The notes below the pieces were generated by a model. The model had not been told where the DNA came from. It searched no databases and saw only the letters and a list, made by a program, of their open reading frames with translations. Below are positions 26,711 to 35,685 of a stretch of 64,000 bases of DNA, in pieces. Position 1 is the stretch's first letter, and each line of letters starts with the position of its first letter. Source of the DNA: an uncultured delta proteobacterium (GTDB lineage: Bacteria > Desulfobacterota > Binatia > Binatales > Binataceae); the NCBI GenBank assembly GCA_963711565.1, contig CAVQEQ010000003.1:992001-1056000 (forward strand). Reading direction: 5' to 3'. A program made the position numbers and the translations under genes.

Positions 26711-27417
26711 GCTCCAAACGTACACGATTCATCGTGGTACGTCAAGTATATAATCGCCCAAATTTGCTTGCCCCACCTGTCTAGGTACGCGAGCTGCTCG
26801 ACTGGACGCCTGATCAGCGGGCCGTGGCCGCGGCCCACTGGATACCCAATCGGGATCGCCGCCGCCGTGTACCATGGATCGGGAATCGCCAGCAGCTTGC
26901 GCACCTCCGGCTCGCATTCGCATAGCAGCGTCGTCAGCACGCAGCCGAGTCCTTCGGCGCGGCACGCGAGCAACAGGTTCTCGACCGCGGTGTAGACCGA
27001 TCCGCCGCCGACCACCGATACGCGCTCCTGCTTCGCGTCGGTGATCGCCATATTTTTAGGATTGAAGCAGAACACCGCGACGACCGGGGTCTCGCCGAAA
27101 TGCGCGCCGAGGTAATCGCCCGCCGCCAGCGTGCGCTCGGCCCGCGCGCGCACTTCCGCCGGCGCGCTCGCCGGAATCGCACCACGATATTGCTTCGAGT
27201 AGGCGATCCATCGCTCGTTGTAGAGCTTGCCGAGCGGCTCCTTCAGCGCGCGATCTTTCACGACGACTATCCGCCACGGCTGGACGTTGCCGCCGGTCGG
27301 CGCCCAGGTTGCTGCTTCGAGCACGCGATGTAGCACGTCGTCCGGAATCGCATCGGGCCGCAATCGCCTGACCGCGCGCAACGTGCGCATCGTTTCGTAG
27401 ATTCCCATTTCCGCCAT
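26638..27417 (-). CDS. Nitroreductase family protein; native stop lost, reads ~40 codons into IS1595
   Basis: RAVRR...AATWAPTGGNVQPW, ENLLLACRAEGLG; empty-site reconstruction gives WGKQI-TGA. Confidence 0.9.
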   Translation of the reverse strand: MAEMGIYETMRTLRAVRRLRPDAIPDDVLHRVLEAATWAPTGGNVQPWRIVVVKDRALKEPLGKLYNERWIAYSKQYRGAIPASAPAEVRARAERTLAAGDYLGAHFGETPVVAVFCFNPKNMAITDAKQERVSVVGGGSVYTAVENLLLACRAEGLGCVLTTLLCECEPEVRKLLAIPDPWYTAAAIPIGYPVGRGHGPLIRRPVEQLAYLDRWGKQIWAIIYLTYHDESCTFGAWTESTPFNKRSFTSRISRTASGS

Positions 27418-27482
27418 CGTGGTAGCTCCTTTCGTGCTGAAACTAACGAGAGTGTTGCGCGTCTAAACAATAGAAGGAAAGT

Positions 27483-27782
27483 TTGATGAGCAGAAATACG
27501 GCAATGAGTATCGGCGGTTTTGCGGCGATGGCGGTCGATTTCATAATCGTCGCATCGATTTTTGGTTTGTTGCTACTCACCCGCTGGATTGGTTTTGGCT
27601 GGATTCTAGACCTTTTGACGGTTCTGAGTATCAGCTACGTAGCCGTCGCATGGTTTTATGGGAAACGATTCGTCCAGTTCCTGAACCAGCTTGATAACCA
27701 GAACCCGCATCCGGTCGCGGCTGGGAATTCTATTCCGGTCGTAGCGGTCAGGACCGATTATCAGAGACTCAGTCCTCGCTGA
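27483..27782 (+). CDS. Small membrane protein, unknown function
   Basis: Two hydrophobic segments, AAGGA RBS. Confidence 0.6.
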   Translation: MMSRNTAMSIGGFAAMAVDFIIVASIFGLLLLTRWIGFGWILDLLTVLSISYVAVAWFYGKRFVQFLNQLDNQNPHPVAAGNSIPVVAVRTDYQRLSPR

Positions 27783-27819
27783 TATCGAGGCAACTCGGTG
27801 GTCATCGCCGCTCGGAAAT

Positions 27820-28698
27820 TCATCCCGCGCCGAGATGTGCGCTCAACAGTCCGATTGCCGCCAACGCGAACAGCGCGAAGTCCATCACCGCGTGCGCGAT
27901 AATCGACGCCTCCAGCCCGCGCCGCAAATACAACCGCCCGAACACCACTCCCTCCCACGTCTGCGGCATCACCAATCCGCCGATCAGAAGTCGCGACGTG
28001 CTGTGGAGCAGCGTCCCAGCCAGCGGCGCCAGATGAATTAGTCCGAACGCGTAGCCTTGCGCTATCGTCACGATCCAGAGAGCGCCGCGTCCCGGATGGT
28101 TCCGCGAGTCGCGCGATATCAGCCGCGCGATCCATCCGAGGATCGCATACAGCACGAGCCGAAACTGGATCTCCTCGCTGACCGCGGCCGCGATCGCGAC
28201 CGACGCTCCGACGAACGCGATGCGGCCTGGCGCCACCGTGAGCATCGGCGTCTTCGGCAACTTGAGCCCCGCGCCGCCGTGCTGGATCAGCATCATCGGC
28301 ACGATCACGAGCGCCAGCACGCTCGCGCCCGCCATCGCCGCCAGCAACGCGTAGCCAAGCGAGACCCGAAGCAGGCTGCGAATCGAAAAATGTAATTTCT
28401 CGCCGGCGACCCTGGCCGCGATCAATGGCGCGCCGGGCAAGCCAAGCTCGCCGTTGAGTCGAAGCGCGAGCGGAATCAGCGCCGCGAGCACGACCGTTAC
28501 GCCAAGGAACGGCAGCGCGCGCACGAGTCCCGATCGGTCGAGCGACTTGAGCGCGAACGCAAGCGGATACTCGATTATCGCGCCGGCTATCGCCAGCGCC
28601 GCGAGAATCGCCGCCTCGCGCCGCCGCGCCGCGCGAGCAGCCGCTTCGCGAATCGCCGCCAGCGCGTCGCTGGAACCTTCTGCGGCCGGCTCGCTCAC
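27820..28698 (-). CDS. CPBP (CAAX/Abi) family intramembrane glutamic endopeptidase
   Basis: SEEIQFR, FGLIH, AHAVMD motifs; GTG start overlaps upstream stop. Confidence 0.85.
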   Translation of the reverse strand: MSEPAAEGSSDALAAIREAAARAARRREAAILAALAIAGAIIEYPLAFALKSLDRSGLVRALPFLGVTVVLAALIPLALRLNGELGLPGAPLIAARVAGEKLHFSIRSLLRVSLGYALLAAMAGASVLALVIVPMMLIQHGGAGLKLPKTPMLTVAPGRIAFVGASVAIAAAVSEEIQFRLVLYAILGWIARLISRDSRNHPGRGALWIVTIAQGYAFGLIHLAPLAGTLLHSTSRLLIGGLVMPQTWEGVVFGRLYLRRGLEASIIAHAVMDFALFALAAIGLLSAHLGAG

Positions 28699-29519
28699 TT
28701 GATCGTCGGGATAAATTCGGGAAGGTCCTTCGACGGCTTCATCTTCCACTTGGGCTTGCGCTTCTCGACGAACGCGCTGACGCCCTCGTACGCGTCCGGC
28801 TGCTTGCCGGCCCACACGAACGCGCGCGTATCTTCCTTCTGCGCTTTCTCCGCCTCGGGCTCCGCGAGCAATCCGTAGATCAGCCGTTTGGTGATCGCGA
28901 CCGACACCGGCGCCGTGTTATCCGCGATGTCCCGCGCCATCTCGCGCACCTTCGTCATGAACTCCGCGTCGGGCCATACGTGGCTGACGATGCCGAACTC
29001 GAGCGCCTCGCGCGCGCTAATAATCCGCCCGGTCATCAGCAGCTCGTTGGCTTTCGCCACGCCGATCATGCGCGGGACGGTCCACAGGCTGAGCGCCTCC
29101 GGCACGACGCCGCGCCGCACGAAGACGAATCCGATTCGCGCGCTCTCGGCCGCGACCCTGATGTCCCATTGCATCGGCAGCGTGATGCCCATTCCGACTG
29201 CGGGACCGTTGATCGCCGCGATGATCGGCTTGCGCACGTTCCATGGACGGATCGCCGGCGCCGGGCGATTGCGGCGCTCGGCGCGCGCGTCGGCGTCGAA
29301 GGTGTTGCCGCCGCTCGACAGGTCGGCGCCCGCGCTGAACGCGCGGCCCGCGCCGGTGACGACGATCACGCGCACGTCGTCATCCTCGTCGTACTCGGCG
29401 AACGACGCGTAGAGATCGGCGGCCATCGTACCCGAGAATGCGTTCAGCTTCTCCGGCCGGTTGAGCGTGACGGTGGCGACGCCGTCTTTGACTTCCTTCA
29501 AAATATATTCGCTGGCCAT
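28695..29519 (-). CDS. Enoyl-CoA hydratase/isomerase family
   Basis: TLNRPEKLNA, AFSAGADL, KPIIAAINGPAVG. Confidence 0.95.
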   Translation of the reverse strand: MASEYILKEVKDGVATVTLNRPEKLNAFSGTMAADLYASFAEYDEDDDVRVIVVTGAGRAFSAGADLSSGGNTFDADARAERRNRPAPAIRPWNVRKPIIAAINGPAVGMGITLPMQWDIRVAAESARIGFVFVRRGVVPEALSLWTVPRMIGVAKANELLMTGRIISAREALEFGIVSHVWPDAEFMTKVREMARDIADNTAPVSVAITKRLIYGLLAEPEAEKAQKEDTRAFVWAGKQPDAYEGVSAFVEKRKPKWKMKPSKDLPEFIPTIK

Positions 29520-29589
29520 CCGACTTGCTCCCTAAGAGAAGAGTAGATCACGTTATTGAATGTGACCGCCACCTGCATCCTCTACCCTA

Positions 29590-29656
29590 CACTGGGTGCA
29601 GGGGTCACCCCCCGCGACGGTGTCGATGCCGCGGGTGCGGGGCGCGAAGCCCCGCA
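29590..29656. repeat. REP-like palindrome family A (CACTGGGTGCAGGGGTCACCCC) plus hairpin
   Basis: Related copies at 30566-30615, 53692-53717, 57139-57184, 61819-61839. Confidence 0.7.
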
Positions 29657-29667
29657 TCGAGTTTCGG

Positions 29668-30480
29668 CTACTTCTTCGCGGCTGTATTTTGCGCCTCCGC
29701 GAACGTCATCATCTGAACGATCTGCTCGCGCACCAGCTCGGGATTGTTTCCCGCCGCTTTGTCGAGATCGCCGATCTCTTCGGGGACGTACCAATGGAGC
29801 TTGTCGGAGTTGTAGGCCTCCCACACAATCTTGGCGACTTCGATCGGCTGGATGAGCCGGAACATTCCTTCCCTCGGCGCGCGCTCGGCGGTTCCCGGCG
29901 GCAATATCGCGGTATCGATCAGGCCGGGGAGCGTGTCGGCGGCGCGGACGCCGTAGCGGCGGAACTCGATCGACAGCGCCTCGGTCAATCCCTTCACCGC
30001 GTGCTTGGTGGCGGAATAAACGGCGATCCCCGGCATCCCGTAAGTGGCGGACGAGGACGACGTCGTGAAGCATAGCGAGTTGGGCGTCGCCTTGAGCAGG
30101 CCGATGGCGGAATGGATGCCGTTGAGGACGCCGATGAAGTTTACGCGGACGACGCGCAGGATGTCCTCGAACGGCTGCTCGTCGAAGGGGCCGCCGACGC
30201 CGATGCCGGCGTTGTTGTAGAGGATGTCCATCTTGCCGCCGGTGGCGGCGCCGAATTCGGCGAGCGCTTTTTCGTAGTCGGCTTTGTCGGTGACGTCGAG
30301 CTTTCGCACGACGCAGTTGTCGGCGCCGAGTTCCTTCTCGAGCGCGCGCAAGCCGTCGGCGTTAACGTCGTAGCCGCCGATGAACCATCCTTTATCGCGG
30401 AACAGGCGCGCGGTCTCGCGGCCCATCCCGGAGGCGGCGCCGGTGATGAAGATCGATTTGCGGCCGTTGGCAGTTCCCAT
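29668..30480 (-). CDS. Short-chain dehydrogenase/reductase
   Basis: TGAASGMG, NNAG, YSATK. Confidence 0.95.
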   Translation of the reverse strand: MGTANGRKSIFITGAASGMGRETARLFRDKGWFIGGYDVNADGLRALEKELGADNCVVRKLDVTDKADYEKALAEFGAATGGKMDILYNNAGIGVGGPFDEQPFEDILRVVRVNFIGVLNGIHSAIGLLKATPNSLCFTTSSSSATYGMPGIAVYSATKHAVKGLTEALSIEFRRYGVRAADTLPGLIDTAILPPGTAERAPREGMFRLIQPIEVAKIVWEAYNSDKLHWYVPEEIGDLDKAAGNNPELVREQIVQMMTFAEAQNTAAKK

Positions 30481-30565
30481 AGAATTCTCCCCGATGTCGT
30501 TACTTCAGATTGAACATAGTCGAAACGGCAAGCGGCTGGGAACCTAATCGCCTGCGCGGCGGGCG

Positions 30566-30827
30566 GCAGGGGTGACCTCCTTCGGCCTCGCTCAGGACAG
30601 GCTCTGCACCCAGTGAGAAGAGCAAAGTTGCGCGCGGCGCGCTACTTTGCTCTCAGGGGGCGATGGGTCGATGGCGGGGCTTCTTCGCCTCTCCCAGAAT
30701 GGGAGAGGATCGAAGAGCCTGCCCTGAGCCTGCCGAAGGGTGAGGGTCATTACGCAGCGCGCTCTTTTGCGCGCGATTCAAGATTCTGCTTTCTGCTTGG
30801 GTGTCTCCACTGAGGCAAAGGTCTCCT
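30566..30827. repeat. Nested REP cluster and degenerate inverted copy of the 32905 MITE
   Basis: 30688-30827 is reverse-complementary to ~32905-33025; two ~24-nt AGCCTGYCCTGAGC..GCCGAAG inserts. Confidence 0.75.
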
Positions 30828-30848
30828 TCTGGAGAGGAGAACGATGAG

Positions 30849-31094
30849 ATGGAGTGCTTCGTTTACGTTCTTGGGAGCTGCGAGCTCGACGGCTATCGGA
30901 CGTATGTCGGATGGACTAACGATCTGGAGCGGCGGATAGCCAGGCATAATGCGGGGACGGGCGCGCGCTCGACGAGGGGGCGAGTGTGGTTCCTGCTGTA
31001 TGCGGAGCGTCACGCCTCGCGCGAGGAGGCGATGAGTCGCGAGTGGAAGTTGAAGAGGGACCGGGGGTTTAGAAAGAGATTGTTGCTTGGGTAG
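30849..31094 (+). CDS. Small GIY-YIG nuclease (YhbQ-like)
   Basis: FVYVL...YVGWTNDLERRIARHNAG.GARSTR...AMSREWKLK. Confidence 0.9.
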   Translation: MECFVYVLGSCELDGYRTYVGWTNDLERRIARHNAGTGARSTRGRVWFLLYAERHASREEAMSREWKLKRDRGFRKRLLLG

Positions 31095-31150
31095 CAACTC
31101 GAAGTGAGCAATTCCGAGCCGTAAGATTCAGACTTAGAAAAGTCGAATCT

Positions 31151-31744
31151 CTACAGAGTGATTTCCTCATCGAGAAACTCTTCCACACCAGCGCCATTAA
31201 GCACAACTTCACTGAGAGCGATTGACCGTTCTTTAGCTTCGCGGTCTCTCATGCGATCCGCCAAAAATTCGAAGTCTGAGAAAAGGGAAGTGTCCCTCTT
31301 GCGTCCGCGCAACCAAGTGACATACGACCTACATGCAGCCCACCATCCTTTGACGTAGTAGCTGAAGGTATCGTAGGTCAGTTGTTCGTCGACGCGCCCT
31401 TGACGAAATAGCGCTCCGAGGTCTTCGAAAAAGTTGAGTACATCTTCCTGTATCTGCTCGTTGGAACCGTTGCCTTTCAGGTGAAAAGCGAGTGCGTGAC
31501 GACTTTGCTTCAAATGATTGTTGTCGAACCTCTCGGCCATCGTGAAGTAAAAGCGCAGAGCAATTTCCTCGCGAGAAATCTGGCGCTGAGCTTCGATGGT
31601 CCGGTCAACGGCGCCTAGCGTGTCTTTGCTTTGCCTTTTGGAAAAGTAAAACTGTATCCAGAACTGGACAAATGCGATTACCGCTAGCGCGATTGTGGCT
31701 ATACCGGTCCACCATTCCATAGCGTTCCCTGTGGAGTCTGCCAA
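31151..31744 (-). CDS. DUF4760-like membrane-anchored protein
   Basis: N-terminal TM helix; VLNFFEDLGALFRQGRVDE, FSDFEFL pattern. Confidence 0.65.
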   Translation of the reverse strand: MADSTGNAMEWWTGIATIALAVIAFVQFWIQFYFSKRQSKDTLGAVDRTIEAQRQISREEIALRFYFTMAERFDNNHLKQSRHALAFHLKGNGSNEQIQEDVLNFFEDLGALFRQGRVDEQLTYDTFSYYVKGWWAACRSYVTWLRGRKRDTSLFSDFEFLADRMRDREAKERSIALSEVVLNGAGVEEFLDEEITL

Positions 31745-31770
31745 ATGACTAGACCACCTCGAAGAAAGAG

Positions 31771-32682
31771 CTACGAAAGAAGCCGCATGATGCCAAATAG
31801 AATTCCCTGGGCAACCAGGTTTCCAGCAGCACCCGAGACCGTTGACTCGAAAAGGGTTTTCAAGGTTTCGAGGGAGCTGCGGACTCGCTTTCGATCGGGT
31901 TCTCGGTGAATTAGTTCACTGTCCAGCAGTTCCATTTGAGCTTGGGCTACAGCTCGTTGTTCATGGCTAAATTCCACCTCATCGAGATTGGTCTTGATGT
32001 GATTGATAATCTTTCGTATTTCGCTTTTATCAATGCTCGCAACCGTCCGAGTCTGGCGTGCCTTAACACTGGCATGGTCGGAGACTTCGCCGACAACACC
32101 CGCGTTTTCTATCCTATTGATGTTGTATACGACCGACGGACTGTGCGCTGCCGCTTTTTCCTTCTCGGAGAATGAGAGCCCTTTCCCTGTAATCCCGGCT
32201 TTTTCGAGCTTGAGACTCCACTCCAAAATGATGTTGCGGGCCGATTCAAGTATTCCCGCGAACCTCGCTCGATCGATATCGACTCGGACGTTCGTTTCCT
32301 CTTCCATAAGACCGCCATACGAAATCAACATCGATCCGAGCGAAATACACAGTTCCCCGTCCGTTCTCTGGACGAGGTCTGCCAATTCTCCAATCGATTC
32401 TCTGACCCGATGTACAGAAACTGCCTCACGCTGTTCGGGGTCCTTCCAAACCACTGATACCCAACCTCGGGCCGGATTGAACGCACAGACCTCTCCTCTC
32501 AAAATTCTGTAATCTGGTACGTCTTGTCCGGGCTTGTATCCGTTCAGCTCGGCGTCCGTCCACGTAAGAAATTCGAGCAGATCCAGCTTGGATGCGACAA
32601 CTTTTGCCTTGCGCAGCAGGTCCGACACCATTACGGAGCGATCCAACGCTTCAGCCTGCATCTGTTCCACTAAAGACTGCAC
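31771..32682 (-). CDS. AbiTii-domain protein (putative abortive infection/defence)
   Basis: SLVEQMQAEALD...VSDLLRKAKVVASKL...WTDAELNGY...PDYRILRG...FNP..GW...ILEWSLKLE. Confidence 0.8.
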   Translation of the reverse strand: MQSLVEQMQAEALDRSVMVSDLLRKAKVVASKLDLLEFLTWTDAELNGYKPGQDVPDYRILRGEVCAFNPARGWVSVVWKDPEQREAVSVHRVRESIGELADLVQRTDGELCISLGSMLISYGGLMEEETNVRVDIDRARFAGILESARNIILEWSLKLEKAGITGKGLSFSEKEKAAAHSPSVVYNINRIENAGVVGEVSDHASVKARQTRTVASIDKSEIRKIINHIKTNLDEVEFSHEQRAVAQAQMELLDSELIHREPDRKRVRSSLETLKTLFESTVSGAAGNLVAQGILFGIMRLLS

Positions 32683-32904
32683 GAGTTACCCGTAGAGCGT
32701 CGCGCGATTCCGTCAGATCGTACCGCATTCAGCTCCGCACAACTATAACTGGTTCTGCCGCCCCGCGATGAGGACCGCGACCATGCTAATCAGACGCAAG
32801 AATGTCTTTGCGACGATATACCTTACTTCCTGAAATCGACTGGCTACGCGCGGGCGGAGCGGACGGTGTTCTAGGCGTGGACTGACCTTCATCCTCTCCC
32901 TTGC

Positions 32905-33060
32905 AGGAGACCTTTGCATAACTTCGGCGGACACGCCCAGGCAGAAACCAGAATCTTGAATCGCGCGCAAAAGAGTGCGCTGAATAAGGACCCTCACCTT
33001 CGATCCTCTCCCATCCTGGGAGAGGGGAAGATGCGCGGCCCAGTTATGCAAAGGTCTCCT
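32905..33060. mobile_element. 156-bp MITE with 19-bp perfect TIRs, containing a REP and inserted in another REP
   Basis: AGGAGACCTTTGCATAACT (32905-32923) / AGTTATGCAAAGGTCTCCT (33042-33060); flanks CCTCTCCC...GGGAGAGG. Confidence 0.8.
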
Positions 33061-33080
33061 TACAGGGAGAGGAAACAGAA

Positions 33081-33764
33081 TTAGTCCTGGATTAGTTCTG
33101 TGTTCCAGTAGGCGCTGTCAACCTGCGACAGGTACGGCATCCATTCGCGGTAGCGGCGCAGGCTGAACATCTCGGATGAGAACGGGGTCCATTCGGGGCG
33201 GCGCGGGCGGCGGAACAGATGCATCCCGGCTTCGTCGGGCGTGCGGCCGCCCTTGCGGCGATTGCAGTGATGGCACGAGCAGACGATGTTCTCCCACGTC
33301 AACATGCCGCCGCGCGAGCGCGGGATTACGTGGTCGAGGTTGAGCTCGGTGCGCGGCAATTTCTTGTGGCAGTACTGGCAGGTATTGCCGTCGCGGGCGA
33401 AGATGTTGAAACGCGAGAAGCGCACGTGGCGCTTGGGCACGCGCTCGTAGGCCGTCAGCAAGAGGACGCGCGGGACGCGGATGAAGCCGTTTACGACCCC
33501 CAGCCGCTCGTGCTGCACCTCGATCGATAGATCGCGCCAACTGTCGAAGTCGAAGGTGTGATACTGCTCGTCCACCGCTTTGGCAACGCCCTGATAAAGC
33601 AGCGCAAACGCGCGTTTGACCGACGTAACGTGAACGGGCAGGTACGAGCGATTGAGAACGAGAACCTTGCTGTTCAGCAGGCCCGCTCCCGGAAGACTGG
33701 GCGCAACCATGTCGGCCGCAGCAGACACCCCATGACGAGTATCGGCCCCATGATGGCAAGTCAA
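33081..33764 (-). CDS. HNH endonuclease (McrA-like family)
   Basis: VLVLNRSYLP, RDGNTCQYC, LDHVIPRSRGG, CHHCNRRKG; true start may be ATG 33710. Confidence 0.92.
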   Translation of the reverse strand: MTCHHGADTRHGVSAAADMVAPSLPGAGLLNSKVLVLNRSYLPVHVTSVKRAFALLYQGVAKAVDEQYHTFDFDSWRDLSIEVQHERLGVVNGFIRVPRVLLLTAYERVPKRHVRFSRFNIFARDGNTCQYCHKKLPRTELNLDHVIPRSRGGMLTWENIVCSCHHCNRRKGGRTPDEAGMHLFRRPRRPEWTPFSSEMFSLRRYREWMPYLSQVDSAYWNTELIQD

Positions 33765-33990
33765 GATAGCTGAGGATTAAAAGCCCGTTATCGACAGGCT
33801 AACCGAGCTTGCTTGCGGAGGTCGGGCGTGCCTCGTATGATCCTGCACAAGTTGTTAACGCCAAGGGTAAAACGATGTCCCATCGCACGCGCGCGGTTTT
33901 TCCAATCGCTCGCGACGCACGCCGGCGACTCCCGGCGCATCGTCTTTGTAGTCGCAATCATGTCGGATTTGCCGCAATGAGAGTCGATCT

Positions 33991-35646
33991 GTGAAACGAG
34001 AAATTGCAATTAACGCGTCCACCCTCGAGGTGCGAGTCGCGCTGCTGGAAGATAACGAGCTGGCGGAATTCTACCTCGAGCGCAATCGCCAGGTGGGGCT
34101 GGCCGGTAACATCTATAAGGGCAAGGTCACGCGCGTGCTGCCCGGGATGCAGGCGGCGTTCGTCGATATCGGGCTGGAGAAGGCGGGCTTCCTGCACGTC
34201 TCGGATTTTCATGACGGCGTCTCGGCGCTCAACACGGTCGCGGAAGTGCTCGGCGAGGAAGATGTCGAGACCGAGCCGATCGGCGACAACGAGTTCGGAG
34301 ATCCGGAGGCAAGCATCGGCGAGGAAGCTGCTGCCGAGGGCAACGGCGATGGCGGCGAGGCGCGTCCGTCGCGCGGGCGGCGTCGGGGAGGACGAGGCCG
34401 GGGTCGCAGCCAGGCGCCGAATCGCTCGCGGCTGCCTATAGAGCAGCAACTGCGGCGCGGCCAGGACATTATCGTTCAGATCGCCAAGGAGCCGATGGGC
34501 ACCAAGGGCGCGCGGCTGACGTCGTCGATCTCGCTGCCGGGGCGCCATCTGGTCTTCACGCCGACCAGCAATCACATCGGGGTGTCGCGGCGAATCGCGA
34601 GCGCCGAAGAACGCGCGCGGCTGCGGCGAGACGTTGGAGAACTGCGGCCGGCGCAGGGCGGGTTTATCGTGCGGACCGCGTGTGAGGGCGTCATCCGCCG
34701 CGAGATCCAGCGCAACGTCGCGTTCCTGACCAAGCTGTGGAGCTCGATCCTGCGCAAGAACGAGAGCATGCCGCCCGCGTCGATCCTGTACAGCGACCTC
34801 GACGTGGCGCTGCGAATCGTGCGCGATCTTTTTTCCAGCGAAGTGGACCGGCTATGGTGCGACGATCCGACGACCTACAGCCGGGTGGTGCAGTTCGTGC
34901 AGAATTACATGCCGCGGCTGCGCGCGCGCGTGTCGCTGCATGACGGGCCGCAGCCGCTGTTCGATCGTTTCAACATCGAGCCGCAAATCGAGCGCGCGCT
35001 CGATCGCAAGGTATGGCTCAAGTCGGGCGGCTACCTGATTTTCGATCAGGCTGAAGCTCTCACCGCGATCGACGTAAACACAGGGCGCTTCGTCGGCAAG
35101 CGCAGCCAGGACGACACTATCTTCAAGACCAACCTCGAAGCGGTCGAGGAAGTCGTGAAGCATCTGCGGCTGCGCAATATCGGCGGCATCATCATCGTCG
35201 ATTTTATCGACATGGCGCGCGAGGGCGATCGCAAGAAAGTCAGCGATGCGCTGGCGACGGCACTCAAGCGCGACAAGGCGCGGACTTCGGCGCTCAAGAT
35301 TTCCGAGCTGGGCCTGGTGCAGATGACGCGCAAGCGTACGCGCGAGAGCCTGGAGAAGCTGCTGACCGACACGTGTCCGCGATGCGAAGGTCGGCGCGTG
35401 GTGAAATCAGTGCCGACACTGGCCGCCGAGGTGTTGCGCGGGATTCAGCGCGAGGCGGTATCCAAGGCAGCGGGCGACATGTTGATCGTCAAGCTGAATC
35501 CCGAAGTCGCGCGCTACCTCTACGATCACGGTGCGAAAGATCTCGAGACGCTCGAGCATCGGCTGTCGACGAAGATAGTGCTGCGATCGAACGACGGCCT
35601 CGAGCTCGGCGCATTCGAACTCGCGCGCGCCCCGGCCGCCGCGTAG
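33991..35646 (+). CDS. rng: Ribonuclease G/E family
   Basis: GNIYKGKVTRVLPGMQAAFVDIG, KEPMGTKGARLT, IDVNTG, GGIIIVDFIDM, CPRC. Confidence 0.96.
   Translation: MKREIAINASTLEVRVALLEDNELAEFYLERNRQVGLAGNIYKGKVTRVLPGMQAAFVDIGLEKAGFLHVSDFHDGVSALNTVAEVLGEEDVETEPIGDNEFGDPEASIGEEAAAEGNGDGGEARPSRGRRRGGRGRGRSQAPNRSRLPIEQQLRRGQDIIVQIAKEPMGTKGARLTSSISLPGRHLVFTPTSNHIGVSRRIASAEERARLRRDVGELRPAQGGFIVRTACEGVIRREIQRNVAFLTKLWSSILRKNESMPPASILYSDLDVALRIVRDLFSSEVDRLWCDDPTTYSRVVQFVQNYMPRLRARVSLHDGPQPLFDRFNIEPQIERALDRKVWLKSGGYLIFDQAEALTAIDVNTGRFVGKRSQDDTIFKTNLEAVEEVVKHLRLRNIGGIIIVDFIDMAREGDRKKVSDALATALKRDKARTSALKISELGLVQMTRKRTRESLEKLLTDTCPRCEGRRVVKSVPTLAAEVLRGIQREAVSKAAGDMLIVKLNPEVARYLYDHGAKDLETLEHRLSTKIVLRSNDGLELGAFELARAPAAA
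35552..35646 (+). repeat. rng 3' end, copy 1 of 95-bp diverged direct repeat
   Basis: 83/95 identity by hand alignment to 40705-40799, no gaps. Confidence 0.92.
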
Positions 35647-35685
35647 CGGCTCACATCACCGTTGAGCCTCGAGCGTCTTAGTTTG

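Larger units (their letters stand above)
22959..26758 (-). mobile_element. IS1595-family transporter IS, 3800 bp, with passenger genes
   Basis: Perfect 23-bp TIRs GGCGATTATATACTTGACGTACC (22959-22981; 26736-26758); 8-bp TSD CAAATTTG (22951-22958; 26759-26766). Confidence 0.97.

Noticed and set aside
33081-33764. HNH nuclease as part of a defence system
   Set aside because: Common stand-alone family with host-like composition, outside the MITE-bounded islet and with no partner gene.
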